Below, piece by piece: positions 35,586-46,466 of a stretch of 64,000 bases of DNA. This stretch comes from Raillietiella orientalis (Eukaryota): assembly GCA_036172245.1 (NCBI GenBank), contig JAYWIR010000033.1, forward strand, positions 682,001 to 746,000, in the 5' to 3' direction. The position numbers were made by a program, and so were the translations under genes. Positions within the stretch are counted from its first letter, which is position 1, and each line of letters opens with the position of its first letter. A model generated the notes under the pieces. It was given only the letters and a program-made list of their open reading frames with translations. It ran no database searches and was not told the origin of the DNA.

Positions 35586-37247
35586 TTAAGGTGTGGGGGA
35601 GCCCTCCTCTTTCGAGGCGGGCGGGATGTCCATGGGGGTTTCGGCCTTCTCAGGCACCTGAGGCACCTGTTCGGCCTCCACCCCCTCCATCCCCTCCGTG
35701 TCCGTGCGTGGGAGTCTCTCGGGCGACGGGTCCCGAGAGTTTCCCACGCTCATGGCACCCTCGCTTGCGGAAGCCTTCTCTTCCCCTTCGACGGGGGAGA
35801 CGAGCTTCCTTGGCTTTGTGGACTTACGTCCAGCCTTCTTGCGCGGTGCCGTGGAAACGGAGGCTGCGCTTCCGGCCTCCACCTCGGGGTCGGAAGTGGG
35901 GGACTCCTGAGGGGAGGCCGGACGCCTTACGGCCTTCTTGCCAGCCTTGGAGGGTTCTGGCTGCAACGAGGCTGCCAGCTCCTCCGGGGCTCGCGCGAAG
36001 GCTACGTCATCGATGGTGGTGTCGATGACGGACGCCGCCGCCGGCTCGCTCCCCTCGCTGTTGACAGTGTCAACAGAGGGGAGGTCGTCGGTAGCGGCGA
36101 GTTCTTTCTGGCAGCGTTCGGCAACATCGAGAACGCGTTCGACAACGACGCTGCACTCTTTAATTATCGCGCTACCCTGCTCTTTCTTCTTCTGTTGGTA
36201 GGCGATTTTCTTTTCCATCCTCCTCTCCTTCTTTGATTTTTTGGCCGTTGCCACTTGCCACCCAGTCTCCTGGCCGGCTCCCTCAACTTTTTCGGCGTTG
36301 GTCGCCGGGGTCTCGGGTGCGGCCTGGGTCTTGGGCGCGGGTGGCACAGCCTTCGCGGCAGCTTTCGTCGCCAGCCTTTTCTGCAGAAGCCGGGCGCGTT
36401 TTTTAAGGTTTCTCTTGGAAACCACCCGCACTGCTGCTTTTGGGCACACCTCCCTCGTGTGGCCCATTGTGCCGCATACTTGGCACTGCACATTGGGACA
36501 CCTCTTTTTGAGGTGGCCCGACGTATTGCAGAAGCCACAGTATTTCGGCTTCCCCCCATACCAGAGGTCGACGGTTTCGCCTTCGACCACCAGTTTGTGG
36601 GGAAGAGTGCAGCCCTCCCGAACGGTCACGCGCGCAGCAGTGAGGCCGTGTTGCAGCCCCGTGTAGTCCTCGAAAGGACTTACTTTCGTCCACTGCGCGT
36701 GGACCGTGCCGAACTGTTCCAAAGCGGCGCGAACCTGTTCTTTGCGCATTCGCGCGGTCACGCCTAACAGGTGGACCACCATGCTGGGGTCCGCCGTAGT
36801 GGGGAGAAGCCTGCGCGTTTCCATCACAACGGGGGTTTTAAGCAGTCGTTGGGCCAGCTCTGCATGTTTGCAGATGACCTCAACGTACTGACCCCCGCTG
36901 CGGATGGTCATAGCGCTAAGCTCCTCCTCTTTCACATCGAGAGCGCGCATGCCCTTCGAGAAGGCGCGCGCGCTCTCTAAAGAATATAAATTGCCTACCT
37001 TGTAGAACAATGAGGGGTTGTACCCCTCCTCCACATAGGCCGACAATTCCGCCGCGGCTGCAGGCGATGGCGCCGACACAACGGCGCTCCACGCCCGCGC
37101 TGCAGCGGGGACCGATTCTGTGGGGGCGGATGCCCCCACCTCCATCGCCTCTGGGGGCGACGTTGCCGCCGCCCCCTGGCTCTCCATCGCCTCTGGAGGC
37201 GGCATTGCCGCTGCCCCCTGGCCATCCCTGGTGGTCGCGTCAGGCAT
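35586..37247 (-). CDS. E7 ORF1, gag-like (553 aa), two CCHC knuckles
   Basis: Open from ATG 37247; CGFCNTSGHLKKRC and CQVCGTMGHTREVC. Stops a few codons before the ancestral CAGCAGTAATG junction at ~35569-35579. Confidence 0.83.
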   Translation of the reverse strand: MPDATTRDGQGAAAMPPPEAMESQGAAATSPPEAMEVGASAPTESVPAAARAWSAVVSAPSPAAAAELSAYVEEGYNPSLFYKVGNLYSLESARAFSKGMRALDVKEEELSAMTIRSGGQYVEVICKHAELAQRLLKTPVVMETRRLLPTTADPSMVVHLLGVTARMRKEQVRAALEQFGTVHAQWTKVSPFEDYTGLQHGLTAARVTVREGCTLPHKLVVEGETVDLWYGGKPKYCGFCNTSGHLKKRCPNVQCQVCGTMGHTREVCPKAAVRVVSKRNLKKRARLLQKRLATKAAAKAVPPAPKTQAAPETPATNAEKVEGAGQETGWQVATAKKSKKERRMEKKIAYQQKKKEQGSAIIKECSVVVERVLDVAERCQKELAATDDLPSVDTVNSEGSEPAAASVIDTTIDDVAFARAPEELAASLQPEPSKAGKKAVRRPASPQESPTSDPEVEAGSAASVSTAPRKKAGRKSTKPRKLVSPVEGEEKASASEGAMSVGNSRDPSPERLPRTDTEGMEGVEAEQVPQVPEKAETPMDIPPASKEEGSPTP

Positions 37248-37340
37248 CGCTGCCTGATCGACCACCGAACCACACGCCGCTTGCACTGGGGGAGACTTCC
37301 TGGCACGAGGAGCACCGAGAAGACACGTCCACCCTGGAGC

Positions 37341-39443
37341 GCACAAGGCGTTCGACTGCGTGGACCAGGAGCTTCTCTTGGAGCTCCTGAGTCGCATGGG
37401 CTTCCCACCCTCCCTACTATCCTACCTGCGCTGTTGCTGGCGCAACGCCATAATCAACGTCTCTTTCAGCAGTCAACAGGTGTACGGCGTGCCGGTGCGA
37501 CGGGAATGAGGCAGGGCGATAGCCTTAGTCCCCTGCTCTTCAGCGCCTACTTTGAGTTGGTGCTGAGAGCATACAGGGTGACTTTGACATCCTTGCCGAT
37601 CTCGTGCCTCGGTACGCCCGCCGTATGATCTTCTGCTCCTTTTGCCCATGTCTGCCCCGGCAGCTGCAGTCGAGGATTTCTTCGATCTGCTAAGCTGTGG
37701 GACTGTGCTACGTGTAAATAATGCGAAGTCATCGATGGTAGCGGTTGGTGCGACGTGGGTCGGATGGCCTGATTGGATCCGTTTGAATATCCCCACGGCG
37801 AGGTGCTTGAAGTACCTTGGTGTCCCGTTGGGGGACTATTCCCCTTCGGAAGCCTGGTCAGGTCGTCTCCGGAAAGTAGAGTTGGCGATCGGCCCGTTCT
37901 TGGAAGACAAGTTTCTCCTTCCGGAACGGGCCGCGGTATGGAACGCGTTCGCGGCTCCCATCCTTCGCCCCCTACTTTTTGTTTGCCCCTTCCACATGGA
38001 AATAAAAAAAAGGACAAAGGACCTCTTGCGCATCGCCCTCTGGGGCAAGGGGAGGCCTAGAGTCTTTTTGATGGACTTGTGCGCTTTGCGTCGGGACGGC
38101 GGTCTAGACCACCTGACGCTGGAGCGCATGGAAATTCAGCTGCAATGGCGAACCTTGACCATCGCAGCCAAGTTGTGGAGCACCCCTTGGTGGGTTCCTG
38201 CCCGCCTCCTCGCCAGACGTGCATCCGGAACCGGAGGACTTGCTTCTCTTCTTTTATGTCGGGGAAGGAAAATAAGAAGATGCGGCCATCTCCTCGGAAG
38301 AATAGCCACCCTGGCGAAGGTGTATGCGTGGATGATCTTGAGCCCCGTCAACTCCAGCGCATGGCTGGAAGAAACAGTTGGCACGTGGGCGATAGTGAAT
38401 CAAAAGATCCACGAGAGGTGGAATAGCCTGCGGCGGGGCAGATACTCCCGCTGCACTCTACGCGAGATCCTGGAGTGTCCAGCCAGGAGCACGTGGGCAG
38501 AGACGACCTGCCTAGCGACGGTGCTGCCCTTCCTACGAAGGGCCCTCGTCAGCAGCCGGACGCCGAGGTGGCAAGTCTCTTGCCGTATCGCATGCAGAGG
38601 AATGTTGTTGAGTGGTTGGATAATGGGACAGCTGGCGGACGCCACAACCCAGAGCGTCCTTTCGCAGGGACTGAAAAAATGGGGCGAGCTGCTCGGCATC
38701 ACGACGGATGACCTGAAGTGGCCTCCAGTGATAACCAGAACAAGGATCCTTCCCCTAAAATGGCAGGAGTCGGCGCTTATGCTGTTGCACTTTTGACTCC
38801 CCTGCAATGCACGCCGCCATCACTGGACACGGGTAAGTGTGAATCCCAACTGTGTAGGGTGTGGGGAGCGGGGATCCCTCCCGCACCTTTTATTTGACTG
38901 TGTTGCTCTCCGGCCTCTTTGGGAACGTTTCGGTACCACCTTAGGGATCCTGGAAGGTAGCCCTCCCAGAGACGTTTTTCGGCTCTTCTTCATGCGGGAC
39001 GCCCTGCAGCCAGCCGCTGTAATAGCAGCTCTCTGCTGCGTACGCGGTATTGTGGCAGCTTGGAGTGGATCCGACGAAGCAGAGGATGTCGACGGAAGGG
39101 GTGCCATGGAGTATGCAGCTCGCCTTCTGCGAATAGCAACTCGATGGCCCCACCTTGGAAATCTGCACAAGGACCTCGTCGGCATCCTGCAAAGGATGGA
39201 AGCTCCAAGTAACGGACATTGATCCCTTCCCGGCCCTCCAAAGAACAGTGGTTTTTTGCTTTAATTTGTCTTTATTTTTATTTTTGTTTTTTCCCCAACC
39301 CCATCCGCAGACGTGGAGTGTCAAGTCGGTGCGCAGACCGACCACCCGACAGCTCCATAGACTTATTGGCCGCAGCGGGGCCTTGTACCCCAAACACTGA
39401 CTGAAAGTTTTTCAGTAAACGCTCCGGCTTGGCCGGGTGAAAA
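37341..39443 (+). mobile_element. E10: 3' part (RT to 3' end) of a decayed element, the target of E6 and E7; apparently inserted into the E11 5'UTR
   Basis: Starts at HKAFDCVDQELLL; the YADD region is deleted; CVGCGE..HLLFDC. Degenerate 3' end AGTAAACGCTCCGGCTTGGCCGGGTGAAAA at 39414-39443. Confidence 0.85.
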
Positions 39444-40712
39444 CATCGACGGTGTGGGATGGCTTTTATGCCTGAGGACACCGCGATGGATGTAGGCGTG
39501 GGGGAGGCTAGTTCGGAGGCATCCGCCCCGGAATCATCCCCGCCGCCGCAGGCGAAGACGTGGAGCTCAATGGTGGCCGCGCGTTTTGCAGGAACCTTGG
39601 CTGAACAAGCAGCCTACGGGGCTGCCGGCCATCGCTTGTTTACAAGGTAGGCAACCTGTTCCACGGGAAGACTGCACGTGCCTTCACGAAGGCGCTGCAG
39701 CTGCGAATGTACTGGAACAAGATCTTGACGGCCTCTCCGTCCTCAGCGGGGATCAGAGCGTCGAGGTGGTGTGCAAATACGTTTCCTTGGCACAGCGCTT
39801 TATAAATAACCCACTGACGGTAGACGGCCGCAAGATTTACCCGGTGACGATGGACCGCTCCGTTGTGGTCCATCTAACCGGAATCAGGAACCGCATGGCT
39901 CGCTCTGATGTGAGTGATGAATTGAAGAAGTACGGAGAGATGCACGCGCTGTGGCCTAAACCCACGATCTATGATGGCTATAATAGCCTTTTCGGGGGTC
40001 AGGCTGCGGCGCGTGTCACCGTCAAAGAGGATTGTGGGCTCCCCCACAAACTGGAGGTTGCCAGAGAATCGGTCGACCTCTGGTACGTGGGGAAGCCCCG
40101 GTATTGCGGCGACTTTAATGCCGTAGGACACCTTCGCGAGAGGTGTGCGGGGAGCATACAGTACCACTTGTGCGGGGAGCGGGGCCACGTTCGGCGCACG
40201 TGCCCAAAACGCCCCACCCCAGTTCCCTGCGCAGCGAGAAAAGCGCAGGGGAAACGCGCTGGAAAAGAACAAAAACAACGAGAGAGTGGCCATTACAGAC
40301 AGCCAGTCTCTTAAAGAATCTCTTAAAGTGACGTCGGAGGCTGAGCCTTCCGGAGTAGTGGAAGGCGAAGAGGGTTGGCAGCTTGTAAAGGCCAGAAAAG
40401 AAATGAAGGCAAGACCCGAAGAGAAAATGACGGGTGAAAAAACGGCCCCGAAGACGAATAAAGCCGCGCCGCGCGTCGAAACTCTCCGGGAGTGATACTG
40501 GAGCGGGTCGCCGTTCCGGAGGCTGCCACCCGGGGCGAGGAGCCTCCCCTCGCCGCTTCCGCCGCGCCACGCGCTCGCCGCCGGCGAGGGCGCCGCGTTC
40601 GCGCAGGCGGCGGAAGAGCTCGCGGCCACGCTGGAGGAGCGCGAGAACGTGGTGGGCCCCCGCAGGTGAGTTGGACCGGAAGTCCTTCCTCCTCCGCGGA
40701 GGCAGTCTTCAA
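39444..40712 (+). mobile_element. E11: decayed ORF1 of an E1/E4-family element, truncated at the border with AT-rich host DNA; outermost layer
   Basis: MAFMPEDTAMDVGVGEA..., DLWYVGKPRYC and degenerate knuckles with frameshifts. The upstream CATCGACGGTGT matches the E4 5'UTR (CATCGTCGGTGT). Confidence 0.8.
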
Positions 40713-42338
40713 GGTATGTCGATATGATTAAGAAATTTCCACAAACGCATGAAAGCACACTAAAAAATCAGACGGCAAGATGAAAAAAAGGGGGCAAATT
40801 TGAGAATTCAGGAATTCAGTTCCAGTGATACCAAGTAAAATATAATATGCTAAGTAGCAATTTAAGTCTGCATTCGCAGTTCCTGATTTTCAGTGAAATA
40901 TCTTTACTTGACTAATTTTTTTTTTAAAGTTCTTGGATTAGGATGCAACCAATTGATTGTTATTGAGAAGGGGAACAAACAGATAAGTAAAAAGTGAGCA
41001 GACTAAAACAAACAAGTAAACTGTGAGCAGATTCAACAAAAATGAAAAAATAAAAAATCGAGAAACCCTCAAAATCTGAACTAATGTAACAGTAAGTGAC
41101 TTTCAGTAAGTGGCAAACCAAATCTATTCCCAAAATGCTATGTGTATTCGTCAGAATGAATGCAAACATTTTACTCCTGATGCTATTGCAGTTACATGTG
41201 CTCAAAAGACATGAGTTTAAATACATAGGGCAGGTTTCGTTCGATTACAAAGGATTGTTTAGGTGCTCGTAGGCAAGTACTTTTCCATCTTTTCAGTAAG
41301 CAATACAAATTTAAATAGCAATGATTCGAGATATCATACAGCGAGTGGTTCCTATGGAACTTTCATCAAGATTAACTCTCAGTTCCTGGAGGTGTTCCAA
41401 AAGGAAATCTGAGTGAAGGTAGTAGGCATGATTTCGAAATTCGTGAAAAGAAAGAGACATATTCAACAAACATCTTTTTGCATTTAGATGTAGAAATATA
41501 TTTGATTGTTTTCTACTTTTGCAACTGAGATCGAACGAAATAAAATGATGATTCAAAGATAGTGTTTGCAATCAAGCACTGTTCTCAAGTTTATGCTTCT
41601 CTGTTTGAGACAATGAAACAGTTATCAGATCGAGGTATGCAAATGATCAGCTCATGCATGCTGCATGATGATGAATCCATGGATTTAACTTCAGGTAAGG
41701 TCTTCAGGTTCCTAAGCTGAACCTAAGCTGAACCTGAAGACATCTTTACTTTTTCTTTGAAACGTAAGCGTTTCGTGTCAACATATGTTCCAACAGCCGA
41801 AATGTGGTAATCAGAAAATTACTTAGCATCTCTTGGATCACAACTACTACGGGTGCCATTTGTGTCAGGGAAATGCTGAATCAGATTTTTGTGTGTGTTT
41901 GTAGAAATCACTGAGCTTGAGATCTGCATAGAAAACGTATTGCAACTGTTCTTTGAAACCATGAGCAAAGGAGTCAAAAATCAAATTCACTATATAAAAA
42001 CAATAATAATCGCAGGAAATTACACTTGTACGTGTGAAGAAAGTGACTGGAAACCTTATTTTGGGCCATATTTTTGGTCCTCTGAATCACGGATCGTTCT
42101 TTTTGCAAGGTAGTGATTGCAAAGCACACTAAAATCTAACATCGTTGCAGTAAAGTTCAAATGAGAAATTCGTTCGCTCAACTATCACGGTACGCTTTGG
42201 CTGAATAGGTGCAGCAACTCTTTCAATACTAAATATTTTCTTTTTAAGTACGTGCAGGTGTGTGATTTTTTTTAAAAAAAAAAAATTTATGATGCAGCGT
42301 AAATTTATAATTTTAATCCCATTTCTTTGATTCGAGAG

Positions 42339-42362
42339 CCCCCCCCCCCCCCCCCCCCCCCC
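42339..42362. repeat. Poly-C tract
   Basis: Run of about 24 C. Confidence 0.9.
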
Positions 42363-43948
42363 ATCCTTCCTGAGCTTTTCACACCACATAACAAAACAAA
42401 GATCCTTTCTCTTGAAAAATTTGATGGTGTTTTGTATTTCCGTCAGTACGAAAAAGAGCTGACTGTTAGGATTATTCCATTTGCCAGTGATATTTTTTTA
42501 TTCTGTAATTACAGTGTTTGATAATTTAAATTAGCTTAGTGACCGATTGTTTTATTTTTAAAGAAGTTGTGTCCTTGCAAAACCTTTTAAAACTGCATAG
42601 TGCAAGCAGTTTCGAAATATATTACTCATTTTGTTATGCTGTATCCTTGGAATCAATTAGAGAATTCCAAGTTCAGGTGTCAGCTATATAAGGGTACGGC
42701 CTTATCTAGTTGACAACTTCGACTTACCTGGAAAGCACTGAACAGTAAATTTTTGTCACACAGCATGAAAGATTTTTTCAGGGTAAATGGTTGAGACGAG
42801 ATGAGAGGAGAACCCTGAGTTCCAACTGGCAAACCCTGATCAGCTGGTTTGTGAGTAGCTAATGAGTGTTGGTTGCCTAGCGATCGTTTCATTCGAGTAA
42901 ACGCGGTCCGTGGGCACTACGAGTTTAGCACGTCGGTACCGGATGCCTTTGGGATGGTGTCAGCGGCCCCGGAATTTTCTTTCCTTTCTTGTATGTCAGT
43001 GAACGAAAAATAATAGCTCTTATGCTCACCTTACTTTGCTGGACCCTGAGACCAGCATGAATAATAAACTTCTCGGCTTCATTACATCAGCCTTGCAGTC
43101 TTTCTGTTTTTAACAAAGTCGAGACCGATGTTTTAATACCATGGTATTGTTACCAGCGTTGACTTTTGTGATTGTTTTGTGATTGATATGTCCACACTTG
43201 AATTCCAAAAATGTTTTTTTAAATAATGTTTTGTGTAAATGAAGTATTACAAATTTTGAATAAAGAATTTTCAAGGCAAGTTGGGTTTCTAGACCCAATT
43301 GTTTGCAGCTGTCAACTGAATAATCTGCTGTAATGATGATTGAAAAGCACAATGTAATAAGATAGTTTGTCACTAAACTAAGAGATAATTCATATATAAT
43401 TCATGCATACAATGCTTCCACATTAAAGTATGTTTTAAATTGTATCTATTTAAAAAAAAAAAAAAAAAAAAATTGTAAGAATTAATTGAAGTGCATTGAA
43501 GTGAATGCCAGGAACAATGTTTCTCAAGCAGGATGTCTAAATATTTATATACATTATTTTTTTATTGTATAACTATATTAATTTTATTCCTGATTTTAAC
43601 TATGTTATTTATAAAAAATCTTAGAAGTAGCATTAGAATATTCCTTTATTTATAGTAAACCCCAAATGTTTTGTATAACAATTACTTATTATTAATATAT
43701 AATATATTACCTTTTAATTAAGAATATAAAATTAACTAATCGAGGGAAATGTATTCCTAAAATTAATTAATTAATGTATTCTTAAAATATTTTTAGTATC
43801 AACTGAATGAATTTTAAATTCAGTTGTTTTAAAAAGGGAAAACATCAGAATTTAGCGTATTTGGATTTAAAGTAAATAAATATCAGAACTGTTTATAGAT
43901 GTTTGGTGTATCTTGTGTATTATGGAAGTTTAGAACTCCATTGTCAAC

Positions 43949-46466
43949 ATGATGGATGATCAGTTACCAAAAGCTTTTGATGTCATTGTTATAGGAACAG
44001 GTAAAGAACGTACTCAACTAATTGTTTTGAAGAAATAAATTCAGGGCTGGTAGAAAGTATAGTAGCAGCTGCTGCAGCAAGAATAGGAAAAACTGTTTTT
44101 CATGTTGATGTGTAAGTTGCCTAAGAATTTTGCAGTTTCGTTTGTGTAGCCTTAATAGTTATCAAGCTATGAATGAGTTTTAAAATATGGAAAATATTTC
44201 CTCAATCTTCTTCTATTTAATTGTATTTGTGGTATAAAGTAATACGAATAAGAGAAGAAATTTTTCCAAGCAAGTAGTACATGTTCAACTGAGGTATAAT
44301 ATAAAATACATGAATCCCTGGCTTCTTGGGACAGGTTAACCAAGGATGTTACAGTTGTTCAAATGTAACCTATTGATTTTCAGAATGTATATTTTGAGGT
44401 TCAAGATAGATTGTTTTTGTGTCTGAATCATTTGGATTCCTTGGAAGTAAATATTTGAACGGATGTGCTTCTGTGTTTCATTGAACTTGAATATCATTAT
44501 GATTAAAAGTAATTCTTAATTTTTCATAAAGCAAGGGTTTCTTCTCTATGCTCGCAAGAATAAGATAACAGAACAGCATTTAATCTTAGTATTTAAAACA
44601 GATTGGTCAAAAAACAAAATAGAGCTTCTAATAAGAACTAAATTGATTTTTGTAATAAATCTTAAAGTTCATATTGATTTAATGATGTGTTTGTTTTGTA
44701 TCTTGATTTTTTCTTCTGGTTATCGGCCTTTCTCATTCGATTCACTCACATTTCTCATGTCATTATCGTGAGTTACACAGTTTTTAAAGAGTTCATGTGC
44801 AAACATGACAAACACAATTTTTATAACATTGCAAAAAACCTGATTTTTAGAAATAAATATTATGGGATGAATTGGACAGCTTTTAATTGGAAAGGAATTC
44901 AGGAGTGGTACTCAGATAACCATCTGCCCTTTCCCAAAGAGAAGAATTCACAATTTGCTCATGAAGAATATGATTATTTACCTCTGAACCCAAACATGGT
45001 TACATTCTGTAAACAGACTTTTTATAAGTATAAGTAAGTAACCACAGATGTAATCTTTGATTGTGACTACCTTTATGTATTAGTGAGTATGAGAAATTTG
45101 ATATGGAAAGTGCTGGCAAGAATCTTATTCTGGATTTAGCACCTAAGGCATGTTGTGTCGCTAATTCTCTAATAATGTAATAGATTAGATTCTGTATTCT
45201 CAAGGACCATTAGTAGAACTTCTTTTGTCTTCAAATGTTTCCAATTACCTGGAGTTTAGAAGTGTAAGTCGTGTGGCAACCCTATTCGAAAATCAAATCA
45301 AAATTGTACCCTGTTCACGTGCTGATGTGTTTGCTTCAGAATCAATCAGCATTGTGGAAAAACGCTTACTTATGAAGGCAGTTACAAATCTTATAGATGA
45401 CACATCCTCTAGTAAGCTTGCAGTCCTCAGTCTCTGTTAAACTTTAAACAATGCTTGATACCTTAGTAAATCCAAGTGATCCATTTACAAACTGGTTGGA
45501 GCATCAGAATCTCACTCCCCTTTTAAAACATTACTTGTGTCATGTTTTGGCTATGGCTGATGAAAGCCTCACGACTGAAGATGCTGCAAACAGAATTAGA
45601 AGCTTTGTAAACAGTGCTGGGCGGTATGGAAATAGTCCTTACCTATATCCCATGTATGGAACTGGAGAAATTGCTCAGGCATTTTGCAGGTATTGAACTA
45701 CAAAGCAATACAAAAAAACATCTTTTGCAGGCTTTGTGCAGTACATGGCGGAATTTATCATTTGAATTTCCCTGTATCAGGGATTATCTGCACTAAGTCT
45801 GCAGAATGTTGTGGTATTGTGGTGGACAATGCTTCCTTTACAAGCAAACATGTTGTTGTTTCTGCTAGCTTAACTCCCACTAACCTGTTTAAAAATCAGC
45901 AGGAATTGGGCATTTCTAGGGCAATTCTGATTACAGATCGCTCAATTTTGTCCACTGAGAAAGAGGAACTAACATTGATACATCTTCCTGGTTCCACTTC
46001 AAATGCTGCTCCAGTAATCATGTTAGAACTGGGAAGCAGTATTGCTGCATGTCCAGCTAATTTATGTATAATATCAGTTCACTTTTACCTCTTATACATG
46101 TAGCTTTTAGATGTGATCCATTTAATAGCGCAACAGCAAAAAACTGCAGAAGAGGACTTCCGTATGGTTATTGACCACTTTTTCCAGTTCAGTCAAGAAA
46201 ATAAGAGCAAACCATGTATTTTCTGGTCGCTTTTCTTTAATCATTCTTCACAAATTAATGAAGAAGTTAATCGGAAAAATTTGTGGTCTTGTCCAGAGCC
46301 AGGGCCAGGCTTACATTTCACATACTATGTACAAAAGGCAATTGTTTTTGTTTTGTTTATTAATTTATTGTGGTTTATGTATGATTTTTAGGCAAAAGAT
46401 ATTTTTTGCAAAATGTACCCTGGTGAGCCATTCTTCCCACATGCACCAGATCCAGGAGATGCTTGA
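43949..46466 (+). CDS. CHM: Rab escort protein (Rab geranylgeranyltransferase component A, GDI/REP family); exons ~43949-44000, 44045-44111, 44851-45033, 45084-45147, 45189-45411, 45467-45689, 45731-46065, 46111-46337, 46392-46466
   Basis: [109 protein letters not shown], C-terminal FFPHAPDP. Splice phases are consistent. Confidence 0.9.

Larger units (their letters stand above)
20142..37340 (-). mobile_element. E7: full-length element split by E8 (parts 20142-23792 and 35408-37340), inserted antisense into the RT of E10
   Basis: Flanked by CAAGGCGTTCGA at 20130-20141 and 37344-37355. The APE frame QEIHVISAEQAQEI|ERISGGRLWYRC rejoins across E8. 3' end AATAAACGCCCCGGCGAAATCCGGGTGAAAA. Confidence 0.9.

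Noticed and set aside
4009..39443. Recurrent palindromic CCCGG-N-CCGGG motif as a CRISPR repeat, attC/recombination site or Helitron end
   Set aside because: The copies are kilobases apart and always at retrotransposon 3' ends next to TSDs. There are no cas, integrase or Rep-helicase genes and no CTRR terminus.
1..39443. One universal target sequence for all elements
   Set aside because: The TSDs differ in sequence and length (9-15 bp) and fall in the 5'UTR, ORF1, APE, RT and C-terminal regions. Only E6 and E7 share a site.
1..40712. Many long overlapping or antisense ORFs (e.g. 7820..8887, 16446..17474, 30184..30873 poly-Arg)
   Set aside because: Shadow frames of GC-rich retrotransposon ORFs, with no independent motifs.
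1..40712. Group II intron, retron, DGR or LTR-element interpretation of the RTs
   Set aside because: An N-terminal APE domain, gag-like ORF1, variable TSDs and the absence of LTRs and integrase identify non-LTR L1-type elements in a spliceosomal-intron genome.
41700..41741. 12-bp inverted repeat enclosing a CCTAAGCTGAA tandem; telomere-like
   Set aside because: Only two units and not a TTAGGC/TTAGGG array; probably a local slippage product.
42660..43110. GC-richer island as a possible ncRNA or divergent gene exons
   Set aside because: It has - strand donor-like sites but no recognisable RNA-family motif or convincing ORF, so I cannot support a call.
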